A DNA stretch of 63,960 bases. It comes from an uncultured virus (IMG/VR IMGVR_UViG_3300029985_000693). Lineage: Duplodnaviria > Heunggongvirae > Uroviricota > Caudoviricetes. The notes under the pieces were generated by a model, which saw nothing but the letters and a program-made list of their open reading frames with translations, had not been told where the DNA came from and searched no databases. The stretch spans positions 62,001 to 125,960 of IMG/VR virus record IMGVR_UViG_3300029985_000693. One strand, written 5' to 3'. Positions 29,630 to 39,103 of the stretch are shown piece after piece; the stretch's first letter is position 1, and every line of letters begins with the position of its first letter. The position numbers and the translations under genes are program-made.

Positions 29630-30601
29630 ATGGCTACTTTCAACGAACAATCCAATATTCAGTCGTTTTTCGACAACCCCAGAGCTATCCCCCAGCAATT
29701 TGCCTTTAATACTATTCAAAATATAGTAAATTTACCGGTAAATAATCCCACTGAGGTTAATTTAACCGTTCAGGCTGGATCTACTCTTTCCGCTTTCAAC
29801 ACATCTGTAGCTACCTCTATAGATAGTACTACTGTTTTTAGTCTTTCTGCCAATCCAATCATCTCTGGTACTTATAGATTTACCAACACGGGAGGTACGG
29901 CTCCTGCCTTTAGGACCGATAGGGGTCTTGCTCTTAACGGCCAAACCGCTTCTATTTCAACCAATACAAATGGAAGTGTTACTTTTTCTATTGTAGCTGG
30001 CTCTTTGGCGGCTCTTCAGGTCGGTGATTCTCTATTCATCCCCGGATTGTCCACTGGAGACGCTACGGGACCGTTTAATCCATCAAATGAGGGGCTTTGG
30101 ACGGTTACCTCAACCGGAACCCTATCTGTTACCCTGGTGCGTCCTGGGACGTTCAGTGCGTACTCCCAAGCTGGAGTAGTTATAACCTCCAACAGTCAAG
30201 TCCTCGGGTACTCATCTACCGGTGTTCAAATTGGTAATTTAGTCGATATACTAAGTGGGTTCAACGCTTATACCACAGGTACCTACACTGTAAGTCAAGT
30301 AACTCCTGGTTGGGTAGAGGTACAATCAGCTCAAGCCCTTCCTCCTCAAACAGGGATTATGCCCGGTGCTTCTGGAATGAATTTTTACAGTGGAGCTAAA
30401 CGCTGGATTAGGGTTCAAGTTAATCAATCAGCCGCCTTACAGTTAAATGGAGATACCACCATAGACACCCGTTTGGATCCAATTGTAATACAAGATGGTT
30501 CTCAATATGCCTTTATGGAAAAAATAGGTTCTGTATTCAGCCTATCAATTGTAAATCGCTCTCTTTATTCAATGGCAGTACGAATTATGAGTTTTGAATA
30601 A
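29630..30601 (+). CDS. putative virion structural protein
   Basis: Thr/Ser/Gly-rich beta composition, between terL and portal. Confidence 0.6.
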   Translation: MATFNEQSNIQSFFDNPRAIPQQFAFNTIQNIVNLPVNNPTEVNLTVQAGSTLSAFNTSVATSIDSTTVFSLSANPIISGTYRFTNTGGTAPAFRTDRGLALNGQTASISTNTNGSVTFSIVAGSLAALQVGDSLFIPGLSTGDATGPFNPSNEGLWTVTSTGTLSVTLVRPGTFSAYSQAGVVITSNSQVLGYSSTGVQIGNLVDILSGFNAYTTGTYTVSQVTPGWVEVQSAQALPPQTGIMPGASGMNFYSGAKRWIRVQVNQSAALQLNGDTTIDTRLDPIVIQDGSQYAFMEKIGSVFSLSIVNRSLYSMAVRIMSFE

Positions 30602-30613
30602 AGGATACCTACA

Positions 30614-32554
30614 ATGGCCAAGAAAAAACAACCAGAATTAAATGCCCTGGAAGAGGTTCTGAGTCTAAATAAGACAGAAGTTGGTCCTCATCTGGGGAAA
30701 CGCTTAATTACTGCTTTGGAAAATACAGTAGAATCAGATGTTAAATCTGTTAATCGTATAGGTTTTACTGTAGATCCGGTATCTGAGTCCCAAAATTCTT
30801 ACTCTACTATTTTCGTATACAAACCCCAATTCCTCTTAAGCGACATAATGCTTAAAAGGGTCGCCAGGGGAGATGAACTTGTAGCTGCCATAGCTACTGC
30901 CCGCTCAAACATGCTTGGTAGCTTTGGAGCACCAAGGGCGGATCGGTTTTCGTTTGGTCATAAAATTGTAATTAAACCAGAACTGGCCCATGAGTTAGAT
31001 CAAGACACAAAGGATGGTTTAAAGAAAAAGGTAGACGTTGTTGTTGATAAATTGGTAAAATGCGGTTCAGATCTTAAGGATGGAGACCATCTAAGCCTAC
31101 GAGAGTTCCTGCACATCCAAGCTCGCTCAGCCATTATTTTGGGTAGATTTGCTACGGAGCGCATTTACAGGGATAATCCTTTTACTAATAAGAAGGAATT
31201 CTTCGCCTTCCGCCCTATAGATGCGGGCACTATATATGTAGCTACCAATCAACAACGGGCAGCAGCTAAGATCCGGGAAGAAGCCCGCAAGACCCTTAAA
31301 AGACTACGTAGGGACAAGCATATAGATGAAACTTTCGAAATAGACCGTTTCGAAAACGATGAATATAAATGGATTCAAGTAATTAACAATCAACCCAAAC
31401 AAGCATTTACTGATGATGAGTGCTGTGTAATTAATTGCTATCCCGTTCAAGACTTTGAGTTGTGCGGGTATCCCTTAACTCCTATAGATACGGTTATTTC
31501 GGCTATTACCACTCACATTAATATCTCTGTATGGAATAAAGGCTATTTCCAGAACGGAAGAGCCAGCAGGGGTATGTTGGTTATTAAATCGGACGATGTT
31601 ACAGAGCGGGAAGTTGGCTTGATTAGACAGCAATTCCAAGCCTCTATTAATGGGGCCAGCGCAGCCTTCCGTATGCCTGTCTTTGGCGTTCCTGAAAAGT
31701 CGGATATCAACTGGATGCCAATTGATGCTGGCTCTAGGGATATGGAATTTCAATACCTTTCAGACTCCAATGCCCGTACTATCTTGTCTGCCTTTCAAAT
31801 CTCTCCGGAAGAAATTCCAGGTCTGGCCCATCTTTCCAGGGGTAGCAGTGCTCAAGACACCTCTGAATCTAATGGCGAATACATGCTTACCGCTCATAGA
31901 GATGTAGGCTTGCGCCCCCTGGTAAACATCTTTGAGACTTTCTTGAATGAACAAATCCTACCCCTTCTAGACGAAGAGGTAGCTCGCTATTGTACAGTTA
32001 AATTACTAGGATTAGAAGCCGATACCGCCGAAAAGGAATCAGTACGATTCCAAACTGACGGCCCCATCCACATGGAGTATGATGAGATCCTACAACGGGT
32101 AGAGAAACCTACTGTTGGTAAGGAATGGGGAGGTAAATTCCCTCTAAATCCTCAATGGCAGTCAATTATAGATAAATATCTATATGTGGATGAAATTCGT
32201 ACACATTTCTTTGGATTGCCCCCAGATCCAAATTTCCACTACGTAAGGGACCCTTATAATTTTCAATTTCTCCAGTTTAATTTCCAAAAACAACAAATGG
32301 AAATGCAAATGAAAATGCAGGAACAAGCAATGGCCGAACAGGGAGCCCAAGCCCCTTCTTCTCCAGCAGGCGGGAGTATGAGCCCCACACCCCCTGGAGA
32401 AGAAGGAGTGAATGCACAAAACCTACCTAAAACCAAGGATCCCAACTATGTCAATGCCCAAAATGAAAAACCCAATATGGCAGTAAATGCCACAGAGGGT
32501 CAACTTTCAGAAGCTGCGGGGAAAGCAGGAGAAGCTTTTGGAGCTAAACCCTAA
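30614..32554 (+). CDS. portal protein
   Basis: PIDAGTI, GYP, YFQNG..RGML, DMEFQ, FQISPEEI, GLRPL; Gln/Pro tail. Confidence 0.88.
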   Translation: MAKKKQPELNALEEVLSLNKTEVGPHLGKRLITALENTVESDVKSVNRIGFTVDPVSESQNSYSTIFVYKPQFLLSDIMLKRVARGDELVAAIATARSNMLGSFGAPRADRFSFGHKIVIKPELAHELDQDTKDGLKKKVDVVVDKLVKCGSDLKDGDHLSLREFLHIQARSAIILGRFATERIYRDNPFTNKKEFFAFRPIDAGTIYVATNQQRAAAKIREEARKTLKRLRRDKHIDETFEIDRFENDEYKWIQVINNQPKQAFTDDECCVINCYPVQDFELCGYPLTPIDTVISAITTHINISVWNKGYFQNGRASRGMLVIKSDDVTEREVGLIRQQFQASINGASAAFRMPVFGVPEKSDINWMPIDAGSRDMEFQYLSDSNARTILSAFQISPEEIPGLAHLSRGSSAQDTSESNGEYMLTAHRDVGLRPLVNIFETFLNEQILPLLDEEVARYCTVKLLGLEADTAEKESVRFQTDGPIHMEYDEILQRVEKPTVGKEWGGKFPLNPQWQSIIDKYLYVDEIRTHFFGLPPDPNFHYVRDPYNFQFLQFNFQKQQMEMQMKMQEQAMAEQGAQAPSSPAGGSMSPTPPGEEGVNAQNLPKTKDPNYVNAQNEKPNMAVNATEGQLSEAAGKAGEAFGAKP

Positions 32555-32781
32555 TAACCTTGAATGGTGCCATCCCCGATATATAATTCCCTACCTGCGG
32601 TGGTTGTTACCCTGTGGGGGTCGTAGGGATTATTGAATGGATTATAGGTGGTTTCTCCAGCCAAAATCCAAACACTAGGTATATTTTGTGTGTATTGGGA
32701 TTGAATTAGTCTCTGACATTCCTCTGCGGTTCCTTCGGCATCAACAATCGTACCGTCTGTTTTGGTTATTTTGATTTTCAT
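32551..32781 (-). CDS. hypothetical protein
   Basis: 76 aa. Confidence 0.55.
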   Translation of the reverse strand: MKIKITKTDGTIVDAEGTAEECQRLIQSQYTQNIPSVWILAGETTYNPFNNPYDPHRVTTTAGRELYIGDGTIQGY

Positions 32782-32788
32782 AAGTTCC

Positions 32789-32959
32789 CTAAGCCTCTTC
32801 CATATAATAGTTATCTAAAGCGTCGAATTCTTCTTGATTGAATGTATTGTAAAGAGCATCCATCTGATTGGATAATTCTTCCATTTCATCCATATCCTCG
32901 CTTTGATTGGATTTATTTAATAAATTAATATACTTTACAACCTTGTCAGGGTAAGACAT
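32789..32959 (-). CDS. small acidic protein (56 aa)
   Basis: MSYPDKVVKY...SEDMDEMEELS...EEFDALDNYYMEEA; below ORF-track cutoff. Confidence 0.55.
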   Translation of the reverse strand: MSYPDKVVKYINLLNKSNQSEDMDEMEELSNQMDALYNTFNQEEFDALDNYYMEEA

Positions 32960-33404
32960 TGTGCGCTCCTATATACATTTGGGATAATACTGATTTAACC
33001 TTATTTCTGCCAGATAGAACCCTTATGTAGGGTATAAATAGGGATTCTATGACTAATTCTTTTGATGGTAGGTGCTTATCACCCTGGTCTCGCTCACCAC
33101 AAGCCATACTTATATTTAACTTGATTTCTGGAGTAAAATCTAGGTGAAACTCATCGTTGTCTATATCTAGACGTTCGGATGTTTCATATATAATATTCAT
33201 GCTCAAACACAAGGTATGGTCTCCAGACTTTTCCAGCACTCCATACCCAATAATCCTATCATCATATCCAAGGATTTTAATTAAATCAGAGTTAAACTTT
33301 GTAACGTAAGTTACATTTATACCAAATTCATTAAAAGGAATGACTATATTCCTCATTTCTTTGATTTTGGCTCTAGATAGGTCGAAGGCTTCGTTGGAGT
33401 TCAT
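32946..33404 (-). CDS. hypothetical protein
   Basis: 152 aa. Confidence 0.6.
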   Translation of the reverse strand: MNSNEAFDLSRAKIKEMRNIVIPFNEFGINVTYVTKFNSDLIKILGYDDRIIGYGVLEKSGDHTLCLSMNIIYETSERLDIDNDEFHLDFTPEIKLNISMACGERDQGDKHLPSKELVIESLFIPYIRVLSGRNKVKSVLSQMYIGAHNVLP

Positions 33405-33407
33405 TGG

Positions 33408-33809
33408 TTACACGTAGTTTTTAGTGGTTTCATTTAACACATTGATATCTACATCTGGATTGGGAAGTAATTTAGCTATAATTTGAACTATTAGATCTAC
33501 TTCTTGCTGAAAGATAGCATCCTTTTCCAAATCTTTCAACAGGTCGGTACGTATGTAGTCTGGATCTACTTCTCCCAGGAAGGTGACAGCATCCAACGGA
33601 AACCCTTCCTTGATAGCCCTGGCAGCTAAAACAACCAAGGTCAAATTGTAATCTCCATACAAAATGGAACCCTCCAGATACCCTTCTTGTAGTTGTTTGA
33701 AGATAATTTGGTTTAATTCTTGCTTTGTTTCTAGTTCTTTACGGCTCTTGGTGAAGGGGACTATATCTTTTAGTATTTTTAGTATATCAAAATGAGGATT
33801 TACGGCCAT
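33408..33809 (-). CDS. hypothetical protein
   Basis: 133 aa. Confidence 0.6.
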   Translation of the reverse strand: MAVNPHFDILKILKDIVPFTKSRKELETKQELNQIIFKQLQEGYLEGSILYGDYNLTLVVLAARAIKEGFPLDAVTFLGEVDPDYIRTDLLKDLEKDAIFQQEVDLIVQIIAKLLPNPDVDINVLNETTKNYV

Positions 33810-34003
33810 TCTTGTTCCCGTTCCAATTCTTCGTTATCCCACTCTTGTAATTCTTTGTTGTAGGTCTTTATATTCAATATACGATTAATTTCTAATTCGT
33901 AATGCTCCATAGTAATAGACCCCCTCTTTAGGGCTTCGGATATACTAAGCAACTCTTCATTTAGAGTTGATTGTTTCTGGTTTTTCATTATGCCTCTTGA
34001 CAA
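33800..34003 (-). CDS. hypothetical protein
   Basis: 67 aa. Confidence 0.45.
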   Translation of the reverse strand: MSRGIMKNQKQSTLNEELLSISEALKRGSITMEHYELEINRILNIKTYNKELQEWDNEELEREQEWP

Positions 34004-34111
34004 ACAAAATTACCAATAAGTAAAAAGCTATAAATGGGGTGGTAACAGCCAGGGAAATTACTCCTGTAGCTAACATTAACCACATCATAATTACTACTAG
34101 ATCCCAATCCA

Positions 34112-34555
34112 TTATTCACCCTTTAAAATTGCAATTTGTTTCTTTAGTTCCTGGTTTTCCAATTTCAATTGGTCTCTTTCTACTAATAAGGGTAAGTCTG
34201 GGGTATATTTAAGTAAATGTCCATTAGACCATACCTCATCTGGAGTGTTTGAAGTTAACGGTTCACCTGTTCTTCGTTCTATTACCCACTTAATTAATCC
34301 AGTATAACCGTCTTTTTCTATGATTTTAACCAAAGCAGGCGCGTCCATATAGTCTATTGATTCACAATCAGCGCATCCCCAGGCAAAAACATCATTTACC
34401 AATAGACCTAAACTTGGAACCCCATTATTCCATCCAGGAAGTCCAATCAGTACATGGTTTATGTCTTTTGTTCCACTTAAGAACGCATATTCATTTGCGC
34501 ATAGCAAGTGGGCTGCCTCCAGCCATTTAACTCTTTCTTCTAGACTATTTTGCAT
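34112..34555 (-). CDS. hypothetical phage protein
   Basis: NDVFAWGCADCE motif. Confidence 0.65.
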   Translation of the reverse strand: MQNSLEERVKWLEAAHLLCANEYAFLSGTKDINHVLIGLPGWNNGVPSLGLLVNDVFAWGCADCESIDYMDAPALVKIIEKDGYTGLIKWVIERRTGEPLTSNTPDEVWSNGHLLKYTPDLPLLVERDQLKLENQELKKQIAILKGE

Positions 34556-34823
34556 ATGTCTTTTGATGATTCGAGCAGTTCAATAGGTCGGCAGCGTATT
34601 TTACTCTGCTCTGCCTACACTCATCTATGTACTTACTGGCCATAGACATGGTTTTGGAGTCCTCTTCTAATTGTTGACCGCATGTCTTTATCGTTAGAGT
34701 GTATTGATCCATTCCCTGTACGTAGAGTTTGATAGATTTGTCGTAATTATGGATAGTTAATTGTTGAGCTATTATGATAAGTAGAAAGCTGATTATAATA
34801 ATACTTTTAAGATATTTTAACAT
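34545..34823 (-). CDS. membrane-anchored coiled-coil protein (possible spanin-like)
   Basis: N-terminal hydrophobic helix, Cys-containing helical C-terminus. Confidence 0.45.
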   Translation of the reverse strand: MLKYLKSIIIISFLLIIIAQQLTIHNYDKSIKLYVQGMDQYTLTIKTCGQQLEEDSKTMSMASKYIDECRQSRVKYAADLLNCSNHQKTYAK

Positions 34824-34824
34824 A

Positions 34825-35658
34825 TTATAAACCTATAATTCCAGGGTAATTGGTGCGATTTTCGTTGGGAATGGTTTGACGGTAAGACTTCCAGCCCGTA
34901 AATGGGCCATGGCGCTCTGTGGGTTCTACGGGGGTTAGACTATGCTCTAAGGGTGAAAAGTGACCATTTGTGACTAGACTGCTAAATGTGGAACGGTCTT
35001 TTTCAATTACGGGTGAATTTGAGTCGTGGTTTTCATAGCTGACCCTAGCACACCTAGCAACACAGCATTCTATTGCTATTTCAAGGGGCAGGGACGCCCT
35101 TTCTAGCTCTGTTACATAGGGAAGGTGCCAATCCCCTGGTTTAACCAAGCGCGGCTGGCTGGCCTTGGCTGCGTCCGCCATCATGTATGCCAATTCCATG
35201 AATTCTGGCTGAGCGTCTGGATGGCACCGTTGCCATAGAAGATTGGACAGTTCCGTAGTGGTATATATTTGCTTTGTATACGAAAACGTATCCAACGGTC
35301 TGGAAGCAGTTTGCTTGTGTATTCCCAGCTTTTGTAGGTTTTCTACAGTTTTAGCAGTATATTCAATCAAATCTTCCCAAATTCCCTTGGCTTGGTTTTG
35401 TGTTTGAGGATCCACTTCTTCCCTAGCGGACATTCCGGGTTGATTTTTACCCCAATGATTCGGAATGAAGGGATTTGAACGTACAGAAGATAATCGTTTG
35501 TGCAAGGGTACAGCCCTAGATGAGGCTGTATTCCTTGCAGCCATACGATATGTGTTGATTTCTGGTAGAATTAGTCTTGGGAACGACAACTCCAAGGTAA
35601 TAACCCTAATCCCTTGTTCAGATACACTATCCTGTATTACCTTGGAGTATGTAGACAT
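34825..35658 (-). CDS. thyX: flavin-dependent thymidylate synthase
   Basis: Start MSTYSKVIQDS; EINTYR...RNTASSRA, HKQ..SR.L, AQPE, ARCARVSY, HFSPLEH. Confidence 0.88.
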   Translation of the reverse strand: MSTYSKVIQDSVSEQGIRVITLELSFPRLILPEINTYRMAARNTASSRAVPLHKRLSSVRSNPFIPNHWGKNQPGMSAREEVDPQTQNQAKGIWEDLIEYTAKTVENLQKLGIHKQTASRPLDTFSYTKQIYTTTELSNLLWQRCHPDAQPEFMELAYMMADAAKASQPRLVKPGDWHLPYVTELERASLPLEIAIECCVARCARVSYENHDSNSPVIEKDRSTFSSLVTNGHFSPLEHSLTPVEPTERHGPFTGWKSYRQTIPNENRTNYPGIIGL

Positions 35659-36035
35659 TATTTGCCTGCGTCTGTACCTGCGCCTGAAACACCGGCATCT
35701 ACAGTTACGGGTGTAGGGGGAGGAGGAACAGGAGTCGGGGGCGTGTTCGAGCAGCAAAGGCAGTTTAGTACCGCTGTTTCCTTTCCAGCCGTTCCAGCCT
35801 TGGTTGTTAGATAGTTACCCGAAAATCCATCCAAACAAACCGGAGCCTCATTTAGACCCTTTTCAGACCAACTCCAACCGCATTGATTGGGTACGTAACA
35901 TACGTTGGCCGGAGGGCGTGTTTCTACCTTAGAAACTGTGGCGTTCGGAACGTTCCGAGTGCCGTATTTGTAACTAACGACTCCAACTAAGCTGATTGAA
36001 ACTACCACAAGTGCCGTTAATACCTTATTATTCAT
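35658..36035 (-). CDS. secreted/membrane-anchored Cys- and Pro-rich protein
   Basis: N-terminal hydrophobic helix, Cys cluster, PPTPVPPPPTP, DAG repeats. Confidence 0.65.
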   Translation of the reverse strand: MNNKVLTALVVVSISLVGVVSYKYGTRNVPNATVSKVETRPPANVCYVPNQCGWSWSEKGLNEAPVCLDGFSGNYLTTKAGTAGKETAVLNCLCCSNTPPTPVPPPPTPVTVDAGVSGAGTDAGK

Positions 36036-36915
36036 GTTTGTTATCCTTTTGGTTGTTTGTGTTGGAAACCTTGAACTTCTTCATGACGAAAATAGCTACC
36101 TTCAGACACCCTATCACAAATCGACGGGCCATTCTACTGAAAAAGTTAGGGGTGTAGGGAACTACTGCTTGGGTTTGAGTTTTATCCAAACCGTCATTTA
36201 GTATTCCGGTTTGAATTAGGAATTTAACCCTATCTTCAGTTTGCCGAGTTGTAGACTGAAGTAGGGCCTTACTCACCTCATCTGTAGGCTGGGGCCACGG
36301 AATCATAGCATTGATATCAGCAGGAAGCACTTGTTTGTTGCGTTCCCTTATTTGGGAATATGATTTAAATAGAGTCTCGCTGCTAAATATGTTTCGAGTT
36401 GGCTTGTTTCCCTTATCGAACAGTTCCCGGCCAATATCTCCATCTAAAACAGCCAAACCCGTGTCTTCCGCCTTTTGTAGATCTTGTACCGGTACAAACA
36501 CAAAGGTAAACATGGCCGACCTAGCAGGTTTGGGAAAATCAACATAAGCTAGTCTTATGTAACTGGGAGGAGCCATGCACCCAATAAAAGGAACCTGACG
36601 ATAGAACTCATTTACAATGCTGGCGAATTCTTCCTTTTCCGATTCGGTAGGAGGGTAATTGGCCAAAAAGCTTAAATATACCAACCGATACTCTTTTGTG
36701 TCTATAAAAAGAGAATCATTGGTGTTTTTGACATTATATACTTTCTTTAGTTCATTTTTTACAACTGGACTAAATAGGTCTAAATTCAAAGGAAATAAGG
36801 TTAGGGGTCCCGGAGGTGACACCGCAATATCAGAAACGATATCTGCGGCCCCCTTCTCCAAGGATTCTATTGTTGATTTAAATTGTTCTTCATTTAATTG
36901 ATTGGTATTTTTCAT
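36028..36915 (-). CDS. hypothetical protein, possible internal head protein
   Basis: Start at ATG 36915 after promoter; LEKG, LQKAE, LFKS, VSKA motifs. Confidence 0.6.
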   Translation of the reverse strand: MKNTNQLNEEQFKSTIESLEKGAADIVSDIAVSPPGPLTLFPLNLDLFSPVVKNELKKVYNVKNTNDSLFIDTKEYRLVYLSFLANYPPTESEKEEFASIVNEFYRQVPFIGCMAPPSYIRLAYVDFPKPARSAMFTFVFVPVQDLQKAEDTGLAVLDGDIGRELFDKGNKPTRNIFSSETLFKSYSQIRERNKQVLPADINAMIPWPQPTDEVSKALLQSTTRQTEDRVKFLIQTGILNDGLDKTQTQAVVPYTPNFFSRMARRFVIGCLKVAIFVMKKFKVSNTNNQKDNKHE

Positions 36916-36923
36916 AGAACAGA

Positions 36924-36952
36924 ACAATACCATACGGTTTTGGGGTTGTCAA
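36924..36952 (-). promoter_or_regulatory. sigma70-type promoter, leaderless spacing
   Basis: TTGACA-N17-TATTGT-N8-ATG. Confidence 0.7.
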
Positions 36953-36992
36953 GTGGGCTCTGTTGGAATATTATTGTATGCATAATTCTATA

Positions 36993-38957
36993 TCATATCG
37001 TTTTCTTCCACAACCATCGGTCTTTACCGCAATCCCAAATACGGTTTAGGCCCATGATCTGTGTTGCCTCCGTCTCAGTCATTCCGTCTGGACATCCGAT
37101 CTTTTCCTTGCGGTATTTACTTTTGTGCTTACGAAACGTGTCACTACCAGACTTGACATAAGAATAATCTGGTAGAGATGTATCTGTTAACACAAAATTT
37201 GCATTTTTATACATATTCCCTTGCGACCACCGTTTATCTGAAAAACTAACAATATCAGTTACATTGTTATTTTTAACAAAGTTAGACATCAATCGATCGA
37301 ATCCGCCTGTTACTGCATATCCTATTTTGACACAATATCTATTTAATTCCCAAAAACCCGGTACCGAATAACCCTTTCTTTCCGGAGAGGAGGGTGAAAA
37401 TGTCATGGCTGCTATAATCTCCCCATCCACCTCTAATACATATGGATTCCTGACGATATCTATTGATTGTATGTGATTTTCTTTGATAAATTCGGACACC
37501 TTGGCCGGATCTCCCGGTTTGACTATTCCATCTCTGGCACCAATACGCTTTATGTCTTTATGTTTTAATATGGCTTTAATATATCCTATAACTTGTTCTC
37601 TTTTTGTTAGCCACTCATCCGCAAATATGGTAATTAATCGTATACCTTTTGCTTCTGCTGACTTTAATTTATCTAAATGCCTATTCTTTGCATTCGGCTT
37701 GGCGTCGCTGTGCCAATATAGTCCGCAGTATTCAATTGCTACATTTTGTTCTGGTATGTAAATATCTAATTCTTTCCCATTGTCAAGAACACTTCTTGTC
37801 TTTTGAACATTATAACCTAAATCTTGTAGTAATTTTGCTATGTTACGCTCTTCTCTACTTTGTTCACAACCACAAGACTGTGCCCGTTCATAGGCTATTT
37901 CCCATAGCACAGCGGTAAACAAAGATCCACAAAAACACCTGAGTTCCACTCTTTCTGACATAGACGGAACGCGATCCGTATCTATGCGCTCCCCAACCAA
38001 AAGGAATTCTTTGTTTTTTGCTGACTGTCTGATGTCGCCCCAAGTGTATTTAGAGTCGCGCTGCATGTTGTTTTTGCGCGCTTCCTCGTCCAGTAGAATT
38101 TCACGTTTTACGCACTCCCTGGTTACGACTCCCTTGTCAATTCCAAAAAAGTCAGCAATTTCCTGACAGCTCTTTTTATCAACTAGTCGCATATTCGCTA
38201 TAGCATCTAGGGTTGTCCTAGAACACGGAAGAAATACATGATCTTTTTGACTTTGACTTAGAGTTATCCCCTGTGTAGATAGGGACCATTTTATTTGTCC
38301 TAAACTATAACCGGTTTCTTTGGATATTTCTGGTATAGTTAATGGTTTATTTGTATCTCGTAGCAATCTAATAGCAGTATTAATTTCTTCTCGATTATCG
38401 TCAACCAAAATAGCACTTAATTGAGTTTTGTCTAACAATACACCCTCGTTACGACAAATATATTCAACGGTATCTTCTGATTGACCAGTCAGCATCGCAA
38501 TTTCATAATATGAAGGAGTGTTTTTTTGTTTTCTGTAATCTGTTATAATTTTTCTAAGCTCATCAGAGTAAATTCTGCGAACTTCGCTCTGTCCTTGTTT
38601 GCTTAGATAAAATCCATTGTCGCTACAAATGGTACGCACCTTGTTTTCGTGTAATCCCAAAATGGTAGCGATTGATTTTTCAGAGCAATTGGAGTCTTTT
38701 AACTGCTTGATTTTGTTTATTGTTTCTTGTGAAACTGGTGTGTAATCGTGGGTAAGTCTTCCTTTGTGTATGTTTTCTCTGCGTGCTTCCTTGCTTAATT
38801 TAGCTCCATTTCTAGTAGATAGTTTATTTACCTGAGAAACAGTCAATCCAAGCGTAACGGCTATTTCTTTGGCTGTTTTTCCTTCTTTTTTTTGTCGTAT
38901 AATTTCTGATTTAATTTCTGGTGAAGCTCGATACCGTTGTCCTGTGCTCTGTGTCAT
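36993..38957 (-). CDS. Hef-like free-standing homing endonuclease with tandem HTH repeats
   Basis: About five HTH repeats, SCGC, ELDIYIPEQNVAIEYCGLYWHS, RLITIF.DEW, C-terminal GNAT-like region ending RIWDCG. Confidence 0.8.
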   Translation of the reverse strand: MTQSTGQRYRASPEIKSEIIRQKKEGKTAKEIAVTLGLTVSQVNKLSTRNGAKLSKEARRENIHKGRLTHDYTPVSQETINKIKQLKDSNCSEKSIATILGLHENKVRTICSDNGFYLSKQGQSEVRRIYSDELRKIITDYRKQKNTPSYYEIAMLTGQSEDTVEYICRNEGVLLDKTQLSAILVDDNREEINTAIRLLRDTNKPLTIPEISKETGYSLGQIKWSLSTQGITLSQSQKDHVFLPCSRTTLDAIANMRLVDKKSCQEIADFFGIDKGVVTRECVKREILLDEEARKNNMQRDSKYTWGDIRQSAKNKEFLLVGERIDTDRVPSMSERVELRCFCGSLFTAVLWEIAYERAQSCGCEQSREERNIAKLLQDLGYNVQKTRSVLDNGKELDIYIPEQNVAIEYCGLYWHSDAKPNAKNRHLDKLKSAEAKGIRLITIFADEWLTKREQVIGYIKAILKHKDIKRIGARDGIVKPGDPAKVSEFIKENHIQSIDIVRNPYVLEVDGEIIAAMTFSPSSPERKGYSVPGFWELNRYCVKIGYAVTGGFDRLMSNFVKNNNVTDIVSFSDKRWSQGNMYKNANFVLTDTSLPDYSYVKSGSDTFRKHKSKYRKEKIGCPDGMTETEATQIMGLNRIWDCGKDRWLWKKTI

Positions 38958-39011
38958 GTTGTTCCCATGTCTGATAGTTGTTTGTACAAATATTTTATTT
39001 TTATGATTTCA

Positions 39012-39040
39012 ATAGTAACAAAACTGAAATGTCCTGTCAA
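39012..39040 (-). promoter_or_regulatory. sigma70-type promoter of endonuclease gene
   Basis: TTGACA-N17-TACTAT. Confidence 0.7.
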
Positions 39041-39043
39041 GAC

Positions 39044-39078
39044 AAAAGAAAACCCCGGTACTTTTTAGGGTGCCGGGG
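39044..39078 (-). terminator. intrinsic terminator after major capsid gene
   Basis: CCCCGGCAC-loop-GTACCGGGG followed by TTTTCTTTT. Confidence 0.85.
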
Positions 39079-39103
39079 CAATCTAATTACTTGATTTTAA
39101 TGG

